DNA of 62,563 nt, taken from IMG/VR virus record IMGVR_UViG_3300005613_000063, positions 1-62,563 of that record. One strand, given 5' to 3'. Below, piece by piece: positions 8,739-16,892 of the stretch; position 1 is the stretch's first letter, and each line of letters begins with the position of its first letter. The DNA is from a virus (lineage: Duplodnaviria; Caudoviricetes). Position numbers and translations under genes: made by a program. The notes under the pieces were generated by a model that saw nothing but the letters and a program-made list of their open reading frames with translations, searched no databases and was not told where the DNA came from.

Positions 8739-11700
8739 TCAAGCTTCCACCTTGTTTCCCTTATGATTCTCAGACGTTGTTATAATTTCAAGGTGGTATT
8801 GCACTATCAACAAAAAATTCGACACATGCTCATTTTCGCTTGTGTCGATTCCGCATGAATGAGTGAGTACACATTCCTTTTTGGCGCGTGTAATCGCCAC
8901 AAAGAGAAGTCTGAGTTCCTCATCTTCATCTTGTGCCTTGGAATGTGGGAAACGGCCTTCGACCATATCAATGACCCGCACGTTCTCCCATTCCAATCCT
9001 TTGGCTCTATGGATGGTGGATAAAGTAAGAGCTGGTTGTTGATTTCTTTCACTTAATTTGAGCCCACCGGGCTTGCTTGCGGCTGCGATGGCCCGCTCGA
9101 GTGAAGTAACATAGTCCAGAAATTCTGAGGTAGTTTGGAATAACTCTGCGATTCTCTGCAGTTCGTAAATAGCGGCGAGTCGATGGTCGTCTTCTCCTAA
9201 ACCCTCTTCTGCACGCAAAGCGGCAATGTAATCCGTGCGTTGCAATACCATTGCAAGCATCCTGCCTGGATTGTTCCTTGTGATACTTTTCGTACCACCC
9301 TCTTTTGCATCCAAAGCATCTTGTGCACCAGAAACTGCGATGCGATTCAATGAAGTAAGTAAGCTGATGAACTCTTTTAAATTGCGAGCGGAGGAAGGTG
9401 GTGCTTCATCAATTAATTCCTGCAACATATCGAGCATGGCTACATTTTCTTTCCTTGCCTCGCTCTCACACATATCTAAAAAAGGTCTACCAATGAAGCG
9501 GAAAGGTGCATTGACGATCCTGCGTAATGTCTTCGTGCTGCTGTCAGCACCTGAAGCAACTTTGATGTAAGCTAGAAGATCTTTAATCTCTTTGGAGGAG
9601 AAGAAGTTACCCGATGCCATCTTGCGATACGGTATGCGTTGTCTGATGCATTCAATCTCTGCAAGATTCAATGCCATGGATGTGCGAGACAATATAACGC
9701 AGCTATTTAGACCCAGTGGATGATCTACAGCTATCTCTATAGCCCATTTTAATGCACCAGCAGCTTCGCCCTCAGGTGTGCTATACCCCTTGATGACAGG
9801 TAGACTAGCAATCATGTCATCATCGCTGTTAACGCCACTTGGAATCATTTCACCGCAAAGATGCCAAGACTTGTCTGCAACGATGGCTGATCCCAAGGCA
9901 CATATACCAGGTGTGGAGCGATAGTTGTATGGTAGTGGTATTCGTTTAACGCAATCATGCTTAGCAAATTCCACAAAGAGCTTAGGCTCAGCATGTCTGA
10001 AACGGTAGATCGAATTGTGAGTAACAATGCCATTCGCAATATACAATTTATCATGTGATACATCTAATGAATACACAGAGCCTTCGAATTGCCTCGATGT
10101 ATTTCTTACTACAGGCTGCCAATTATTTCGTCCCTCTGGTAATGGGATAGACATTATCCCCTGCATTATATTAGCTGCATGTACAATGAAATATGTAGTG
10201 CGGCCTATTTTTGGTTCTGGCCATGGGTATAGAGGATAGGCACCATCTCTATGGTGTTCTTGCAAGCAGGTGAGTGCCCTTTCTGTATTCTCCCCATTAA
10301 TATTCATATCTTTGTATACTGCCTTTATATTATCCGCAGTGTACAGTGGATTAGTATTTGGTTTGGGCTGAAACATTATAGTAGGTAAGCCCCAATGAGC
10401 TGCAACATAACTTTCATAAATGCTAGCTTCATCTTTGCTGTAATGCACTCTTAGTATCCAGGCAGCATCTGCCTTTTCAATAAGAGCCCGCCGGCCTAAA
10501 TGAAAACTATTATCATTTTCTTTACGGTTTATGAACAATTTACACCAACCAACTCTGTATCCTAAATCTCGGCGATGCATCATGTATGTCACCCATACAC
10601 TTTTGTTGGTTCTATCTGTCCAACGACATAAGAATTTATGGCCTGGTGTACAATCCAAATATGTATCATCTACTTGAATACGATGCATAGAGCCACTATG
10701 CTTATGCACTGCTGTTTCTTTTACGACCCCTGTATGCACTGCATATTGTGCATGTCTATCCCATCGTGTGATAACATCACCCCTAACTAAATCTTCTATA
10801 TTGCGCCACTCCCTCGATCCTATTTGTATTTTAGTGCCGGCTGGATGACATTGTGATGGGTCCCCGTAGACATATAATGCGGTGTTCGCATCATCGCTAC
10901 CTGTGGGCAATTGCCTTGTTCTTGTTTCAATATAGCCACCAGCCCCTTTTGCTTCAGCGCCTTCTGGTCTTAGAATACAAGACTTCATGCCGGCCAGCAG
11001 CCTGGCGAGGTCCCATTGCACAGGATTAGAATCCTGCGCTTCGTCAACAATGATCATATCGTATTGTGAACGCCAATACTGCAGGTTGTCTGCGTTGCCA
11101 ATCAATAACATCCAAGTCCATAGCAGCATGTCATCAAAGTTATACAGCCCTTTAGTTACTCTACGGAAATCTAATTTTTTATATATAGTAGCAAGTTTGC
11201 TATTACCCAAACCAGATTCAGAATACCAACGTTTGCCCTCTATATATACAGAATCGGCTAGCCGCATGTTAACTTGAAAGGGGTCATTTTCTACAATGGC
11301 AGTACCGCGTGATTTACAAGCGGCAATAAAGCTCTGTACTCCCCCTCTATCCATGCCATGTCGGGGCAGGTCTCGACTTCTTTGCATCTCATTTAACAGT
11401 ATCTTTAGTTCTATGTCCATGCGATTGCGGTCATCTAATTTGAGCGCATTCATCATTGAAGGCACAGAAGCGTGTAATATTTTGTTGCATACAGAGTGAA
11501 TGGTGCCCACTGTAACATTAGGAATACCAATTGATAACAATCGAGAGCTCATCTCTCGAGCGGCATTGCGAGTGAACGTCATGGCTAAAATACGTGTCGG
11601 GTTTACTCCGTCGGCGACACAGCGTGCCAACAAACTAATTAATGCGCGAGTTTTACCAGCCCCAGGCACGCCTAAGATGGCAGCCTTGCCTCCATTGAGT

Positions 11701-11804
11701 TGAACAGCATCTAATTGAGCAGGATTTAATTGCAGGAATACCTGCTGCAACCCTTGAGGGTAGCGTGAAATATCTAACATTGAGATCCTCCTTGAGTAAT
11801 GCAA
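8739..11804 (-). CDS. uvrD: UvrD/PcrA-like SF1 helicase, intein-containing
   Basis: GVPGAGKT, MTFTRNAA, GTIHS, VDEAQD, GDPSQ/SIYRFR, NYRS, TIHRAKGLEW, EELRLLFVAITRAK. Confidence 0.93.
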   Translation of the reverse strand: MHYSRRISMLDISRYPQGLQQVFLQLNPAQLDAVQLNGGKAAILGVPGAGKTRALISLLARCVADGVNPTRILAMTFTRNAAREMSSRLLSIGIPNVTVGTIHSVCNKILHASVPSMMNALKLDDRNRMDIELKILLNEMQRSRDLPRHGMDRGGVQSFIAACKSRGTAIVENDPFQVNMRLADSVYIEGKRWYSESGLGNSKLATIYKKLDFRRVTKGLYNFDDMLLWTWMLLIGNADNLQYWRSQYDMIIVDEAQDSNPVQWDLARLLAGMKSCILRPEGAEAKGAGGYIETRTRQLPTGSDDANTALYVYGDPSQCHPAGTKIQIGSREWRNIEDLVRGDVITRWDRHAQYAVHTGVVKETAVHKHSGSMHRIQVDDTYLDCTPGHKFLCRWTDRTNKSVWVTYMMHRRDLGYRVGWCKLFINRKENDNSFHLGRRALIEKADAAWILRVHYSKDEASIYESYVAAHWGLPTIMFQPKPNTNPLYTADNIKAVYKDMNINGENTERALTCLQEHHRDGAYPLYPWPEPKIGRTTYFIVHAANIMQGIMSIPLPEGRNNWQPVVRNTSRQFEGSVYSLDVSHDKLYIANGIVTHNSIYRFRHAEPKLFVEFAKHDCVKRIPLPYNYRSTPGICALGSAIVADKSWHLCGEMIPSGVNSDDDMIASLPVIKGYSTPEGEAAGALKWAIEIAVDHPLGLNSCVILSRTSMALNLAEIECIRQRIPYRKMASGNFFSSKEIKDLLAYIKVASGADSSTKTLRRIVNAPFRFIGRPFLDMCESEARKENVAMLDMLQELIDEAPPSSARNLKEFISLLTSLNRIAVSGAQDALDAKEGGTKSITRNNPGRMLAMVLQRTDYIAALRAEEGLGEDDHRLAAIYELQRIAELFQTTSEFLDYVTSLERAIAAASKPGGLKLSERNQQPALTLSTIHRAKGLEWENVRVIDMVEGRFPHSKAQDEDEELRLLFVAITRAKKECVLTHSCGIDTSENEHVSNFLLIVQYHLEIITTSENHKGNKVEA
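10014..10850 (-). mobile_element. Intein (279 aa) in UvrD motif III
   Basis: Splits GDPSQ|SIYRFR. Begins CHPAGTKI, block B CTPGHKF, ends VYSLDV..YIANGIVTHN, followed by Ser+1. Confidence 0.93.
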
Positions 11805-11847
11805 TGCATGTATAGGATCGAATAAACTACATGCACGCTAGAATGTT

Positions 11848-14061
11848 TTAAGATGGGTAAGCTGCAGTCTCACTGTCGGCTGCAGCTACATTTTGTGTGG
11901 TAGGATTCCACCATTCTTTGGTAATCAGGGTTGTCAATGAGCCCCAAGTCCAAGAGCTTCTCACACCATCAAGATTCCAAATCAAGCCCTTCTCTGTAAT
12001 ACGAATATGAGCCGTTGCATTCTTAGCCCCGAGATGCGCTGCACCTTCTGCCGTAAGCGGTATATCAAATTCGGTACCGACTTCCCATGCATGCTGTATC
12101 TTCTCATTATAAGCAAACTTAACTTCTTTGGCAGACCAACCATGCCCCAACACCTCAGACATTTTGAAACCATCATACCTTTCAAAGTAATGAAATAGCG
12201 CACTGGCTACGAGCTGTTTCGCCCTATCCCGCATAACCTTAGCTGCAGCCCTCTTGTTTGCTGCATTCGTAATCTCTGCTTCAGTTTTACCAGCCTTCTG
12301 CTTGTATTCATTCGTGGGCTGCCGCAGGTTATCCAAATTTTTGATACGGTCTGCATCCACTGTGTACATATCATTCATGATTGCTTCTTCACCGCCTGGA
12401 GGGCAGTCACAAATGTCAAAATAGAAGCATGGTCCATATTGCCCAACGCAGGACGATGTGCACTTAGGCCACTTCTTCATATCATCTGCATCGTTCTTCA
12501 AACGCGTGTAGAAATCAATGGCAAGGGGACGTACTTCGTCTTGATAAAACTCTTCTACAGAGCGGAAGTCACAGGATGTATGGATGCGCTGCAGGTGCTT
12601 GTCTGGATCGATCCTCTTTGGCTTTGCAATCAAAGAGACAATGACACCTGCGAGTTCACCGAATTCAGCTGCTTCTGCATAAGTGTAGATGAGAGCATTC
12701 ATCAAGAATTGTCCATCGCGGCCATATCCTTTTGACAAATCATATGTAATTGCGCGGCAGGTTTTCCAGTCCACAACAAAACAGCCTCCAGGAACGGGTT
12801 GCCCTGGGGGTGTGCAAGGCGCCCCTGGCTTTCTTAAGCCCACAATTAAATCGTGACGACAGGTGAGTGGGATATGAACTGTCCTCCCCCCAATTTTTGC
12901 AGGTGGCATGAACCATGTTCCTTGATTTTCGATGCCACGTACATCCCAAGTGGCGGCTTCATCTCCTCCGAATTTTTGCAATTGGGCGTAGACAAGACGA
13001 CGAGCTTCCGCAGCAATATCCACTGCGCCGGCAGCTGCAACAACATCACATGGTTCGAATGTTCGCTGTCCACCTGTCCTATAATGCATCTCAAAACAGG
13101 CATGCACAAGGGTGCCTACGGCCAAGGCTGAGGACTTAAATTTCTTCTGCAGTCCTAAGACATGTGTAAAGTAAGCCTTTCTGGGGCACTGCTGGAGGGC
13201 CATGAGGTCATGCCAGGAGAAGCCTCCAGATGAAGGACCCCCTTCTAGACCTTCAACTTTGGATAGAACTTCATCGATATTAATTGCTGATTGGTCATCC
13301 ATCCCCGCTAAGTTCATGCCAGGCAAAAAGCTGGTGCTCACAGGTGCAAGTGGTGAAGATTGTGGCAGGTTCAACGGTGCTGCAGGTGGCGGTTGAACGG
13401 TAGGAGGTTGAGCAGGTTGCTGCTGTTCATTCACCAAAGTGACCTGCGGTGATTGCGGTTCAGGCTGAGGCTGCAGCTGCATCTGCTGCTCTTGTGACAC
13501 TTGTGACACTTGTGGCGCTTGTGGCGCTTGTTGCGCTTCAATTGCTGGTGGATTAATATGGGTAGTTAGTGCAGTTGATGGCGTGACTTTGATAGCGCTG
13601 CATGTAGTTTCATTAGGCACGGTAGGTCCTGGCACCTCTGTATTATGTATCTCCCGTACGGGGGTGGAAAACCCAGGACTGGGAATGTTTAATGGCAGCG
13701 CCGGCTCCATCGCTATTGCCATGTGCATTCCTTTGTCTTTGTCGTTGTTTGATGCCGATTTCTCAACGACGGGCGTTAAGGCAGCGGTAGGCACAATTAC
13801 TGCCTGACTGTCTTGACGCCCAATTTTTTGAAATTTCTCAGCGCAATTTAAGCAGACAGCTCGAACGGTTTCAGGAGAAGAGCCCAACATCAGTGATGGA
13901 TTGGGACAATTCTTGTTGGTGTATAACCGCTCAGCCGCAACATCTTGAAATAGGGGAAGCGAAAAGCCGCAAGAGCCTCTGATTTCTAGTTTCTTTTCAG
14001 TCATTTCTGAACTCCGTGGTAAAAATGTGGTAAGTGCAGTAACTACTACCAGGGAATTCAA
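11848..14061 (-). CDS. PD-(D/E)XK (Cas4/RecB-like) exonuclease with low-complexity N-terminus
   Basis: QCPRKAYF, GTLVHACFE, HDLIV, VVDWKT, QFLMNALIY and C-terminal C..C..C.YFDIC Fe-S pattern. Likely start near 14004. Confidence 0.8.
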   Translation of the reverse strand: MNSLVVVTALTTFLPRSSEMTEKKLEIRGSCGFSLPLFQDVAAERLYTNKNCPNPSLMLGSSPETVRAVCLNCAEKFQKIGRQDSQAVIVPTAALTPVVEKSASNNDKDKGMHMAIAMEPALPLNIPSPGFSTPVREIHNTEVPGPTVPNETTCSAIKVTPSTALTTHINPPAIEAQQAPQAPQVSQVSQEQQMQLQPQPEPQSPQVTLVNEQQQPAQPPTVQPPPAAPLNLPQSSPLAPVSTSFLPGMNLAGMDDQSAINIDEVLSKVEGLEGGPSSGGFSWHDLMALQQCPRKAYFTHVLGLQKKFKSSALAVGTLVHACFEMHYRTGGQRTFEPCDVVAAAGAVDIAAEARRLVYAQLQKFGGDEAATWDVRGIENQGTWFMPPAKIGGRTVHIPLTCRHDLIVGLRKPGAPCTPPGQPVPGGCFVVDWKTCRAITYDLSKGYGRDGQFLMNALIYTYAEAAEFGELAGVIVSLIAKPKRIDPDKHLQRIHTSCDFRSVEEFYQDEVRPLAIDFYTRLKNDADDMKKWPKCTSSCVGQYGPCFYFDICDCPPGGEEAIMNDMYTVDADRIKNLDNLRQPTNEYKQKAGKTEAEITNAANKRAAAKVMRDRAKQLVASALFHYFERYDGFKMSEVLGHGWSAKEVKFAYNEKIQHAWEVGTEFDIPLTAEGAAHLGAKNATAHIRITEKGLIWNLDGVRSSWTWGSLTTLITKEWWNPTTQNVAAADSETAAYPS

Positions 14062-14067
14062 GGAACA

Positions 14068-14841
14068 TCAACTACCACATTGAGAAATTGCACAAAGGAT
14101 AAAGATGATGAGGACAGGCCATTGCAGCCATGCTGTGAGTTCATCACGCTGCTCACAGAAAATTTCTACAGGTGACATGTCAACTTGCTGTAATTGTTCT
14201 TGTTTCTTTCCGTTAGCAGAACCACTGTAATTACAATCAGTTGACTTTCCCGCTCGAGCACCACGTTTCGTGCCAGACTTTGAACTACTTAATATCTTAT
14301 CTAAATCGGGATCACAGAATGTCGCATTTTCGGCAGCTACTTTTGTCCCCGAGTCATCGCAGATGAATCCGGAGATGTCGTAGCCACCGGCAACATAATT
14401 CTTATATCGTGCTTCGAGGTGCTTATCGAAATTAGAGACAGCGACATCATAGATAGTGAAGTCATCTTTATCAGAAGCTAACCTTGTCCCACGACCAGAC
14501 TCTTGCTTCAATCCAATAGGGGCGGAACCACCGGCAGCCCGCACAACGGACTTCAAATTTGGCAAGTCTATCCCGGTTGCCCATACTGAGGTGGCCACAA
14601 CACCAGAAATTTTGCCAGCAACGAAGTCATCGGCAATGCGCTGACGCTCGTCATCTGGCATGCCACCATGCACATGCAAAACAGTTGTTGATAACTCTGT
14701 AGATAGTGCAGTAGCTAAAGCTTCAGTGGAATCTCGCCGCTTAACGAAGCAAACAAATGGCCAAGCTATTTCATTTTCGGAGAAAGCTCCGAGTACATAT
14801 GAAACTATCAACTCAGAATTATAACATGTATCTGATTTCAT
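14068..14841 (-). CDS. SF2 helicase C-terminal (RecA2) domain protein with hydrophobic C-terminus
   Basis: VCFVKR, VHGGMPDDERQRI, VATSVWATGIDLPNL, QESGRGTR. Confidence 0.85.
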   Translation of the reverse strand: MKSDTCYNSELIVSYVLGAFSENEIAWPFVCFVKRRDSTEALATALSTELSTTVLHVHGGMPDDERQRIADDFVAGKISGVVATSVWATGIDLPNLKSVVRAAGGSAPIGLKQESGRGTRLASDKDDFTIYDVAVSNFDKHLEARYKNYVAGGYDISGFICDDSGTKVAAENATFCDPDLDKILSSSKSGTKRGARAGKSTDCNYSGSANGKKQEQLQQVDMSPVEIFCEQRDELTAWLQWPVLIIFILCAISQCGS

Positions 14842-14884
14842 TATATAAACCTCCTGCCTACCTGATAGTTTGATATACGTCGCT

Positions 14885-14955
14885 ATAATTATAACAACGT
14901 ACTGTAATTACAAACAAATAGCTGTGGATAAGTCTTACAATTCTTATAATTCACC
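14885..14955 (-). repeat. 71-bp element, copy 2 of an inverted pair, with a perfect DnaA box TTATCCACA (14923-14931, minus strand)
   Basis: Reverse complement of 8649-8719. An extra GAATTGTAAGA lies at about 14980-14990. Confidence 0.9.
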
Positions 14956-15073
14956 GTGTATTAATATAGGGGCATAGGAGAATTGTAAGAATCAGCCTTG
15001 TAAAACTGTACAAGAATGCAGCAAACGCCCTTGTAGATGCATGCTATTGATATGAAGCTATGAATTATAGTTA

Positions 15074-15874
15074 TCAACAGAAGACCACTTTTCCTGTTGA
15101 TAAAAATCCCGCTGAAGTTAAATCTCGAACTCCAACACGGTAGATAACGGGTCCAAGCAGACCTACAACCAAAGGGTTTTTATCATCGGTTCGATCAAGG
15201 GGCGTGCCAGACAATCCATATCGCAGACCTCCTCTGAAACATGCCATGCATTGTGCCCGAGTGCGCGCCGATATGCCATGGCATTCATCAATGATAATCC
15301 CAGCATAGTCAGCACTCTGAAAATCCCTTTGGTTCCAACCAACAGATGTGATAAGACTAGTATTAGCCTTGAGTTGTGTGGATAGCGTTCGAAATGATGT
15401 AGCAGATTGTGAGACCAGGTCCCGACCATAAACGCAATAGAGCCAGCGTCCTCCTCCTGCTGCATAAGCGAGACCCCAGGCGACCCGAGTCTTACCCGCT
15501 CCAGTTCCTAGCTCGATGATACCTCGGCCCAGCGGTGCTGTCAGGGCGGCCCTGATAGAGGCAATTTGATAGTCTCTCCAACCCTCTTGTTCCAAAGCTG
15601 TCAAGCGCAACTCTAATCCATAATCGCCAACGACATCATACCCAACAGGCCAGTCATGGTCTGGCCAGGCGACGGGCAGCAGGCCAGCCAAACATTTTAT
15701 CAGCCCTGCAGATCTAATGAAGGGAGGTACGCCACGCAATTTAGTGCGGCCCGACACTTGTCTAGAGGCATTTTCTAGTGTATATTCAATGCTATCGAGA
15801 CCAGCTTCTGCCCCTTTAAATTCTGCCCAGATGCTACATGCATCTAACGAAACTGAAACACGGTGGTCCATCAT
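15074..15874 (-). CDS. SF2 (ResIII/UvsW-like) helicase N-terminal ATPase domain protein
   Basis: RDYQ, GTGAGKT, IIDECH, GLSGTP. Stops before the RecA2 domain. Confidence 0.85.
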   Translation of the reverse strand: MMDHRVSVSLDACSIWAEFKGAEAGLDSIEYTLENASRQVSGRTKLRGVPPFIRSAGLIKCLAGLLPVAWPDHDWPVGYDVVGDYGLELRLTALEQEGWRDYQIASIRAALTAPLGRGIIELGTGAGKTRVAWGLAYAAGGGRWLYCVYGRDLVSQSATSFRTLSTQLKANTSLITSVGWNQRDFQSADYAGIIIDECHGISARTRAQCMACFRGGLRYGLSGTPLDRTDDKNPLVVGLLGPVIYRVGVRDLTSAGFLSTGKVVFC

Positions 15875-16892
15875 GGCTCCTAAAATCAGCAACGGCATCC
15901 TTCCTCCAGAAATAGAAGAAGTGCACGATTATATTGAGGAAAGGCGTAGCCAAGTGCTAAAAGCCACGCCTCAAACTTATGAAGGACTACCGCCAATCAC
16001 AGGGATAAATCCTCCTGGCTACAGAATTCCAGAATCAAAAAAAGCACGGGCAGAACGAATCAAGACAGAAAAGGAAGCGCAATACATCATTCATCCACCC
16101 AAACAAGAAGATAGGCATTACGAAATTGAACAAGGATTAACTAAAGACAGTTGGCAAAAAGTATTCAATGCGTTTGCCGTAACGGGCAAGCCGACTATCA
16201 TTTCACAAGCAACAGACATACCCGCCAAGGCAGTCAAACACATACTCGATCATGGCATCTTAAGATTAGGGCTACCCAGCATTAAGCAACACAGCATCGA
16301 TCAAGCCCAACTTAATCTTGACATACAAGAGACAAAAGAAAAGCACAAAAAGAAACTTATGCAGAGCGATGTCACCGAGGCCATCCAAAAGCGAGCAACG
16401 CAGGAAGCTAGTTCGGCAAAGCTCATGCTCGATCAAACAATGGAAGTTGGAACCATCGTTGGTGGTTATGTCAAAGCCTTCTTCAATACGTTAAAGAAAG
16501 GTGACGCTACGCTGGCAATACCGGAACGGGTTGATTTAGATACCTTGGAAAATCTTACGAAGGTACTAGACTCATATACTAAATCAATGGAACGTGCAGT
16601 GAAGCTCGTGAATCTAACGCAGGGCAAACCAACAGAACGAGTTGAGCATCAAATCGGTGCTATGCTAGCAGTCTGCACAACAAGAGAGCTTGAAGAAGCA
16701 CAAAACTCTGGCAAGTTACCTGCGAGGCTCACATCCAGATTAGGAACCGCAGAACCAATGAAAGAAGGAGACAGCAATATCATTGAAGCACATGCCGTAG
16801 AGATACAAAAAAACACAAGCAACAATGACGAAACACCAGAGTGGCTCACAAGTATAAAACCCCCAGAGGGGGAAAGCACAGAAGATGAATGA
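15873..16892 (+). CDS. Hypothetical protein, candidate terminase small subunit
   Basis: Directly upstream of and overlapping terL; helical, with a possible HTH. Start taken at MAPKIS. Confidence 0.5.
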   Translation: MAPKISNGILPPEIEEVHDYIEERRSQVLKATPQTYEGLPPITGINPPGYRIPESKKARAERIKTEKEAQYIIHPPKQEDRHYEIEQGLTKDSWQKVFNAFAVTGKPTIISQATDIPAKAVKHILDHGILRLGLPSIKQHSIDQAQLNLDIQETKEKHKKKLMQSDVTEAIQKRATQEASSAKLMLDQTMEVGTIVGGYVKAFFNTLKKGDATLAIPERVDLDTLENLTKVLDSYTKSMERAVKLVNLTQGKPTERVEHQIGAMLAVCTTRELEEAQNSGKLPARLTSRLGTAEPMKEGDSNIIEAHAVEIQKNTSNNDETPEWLTSIKPPEGESTEDE

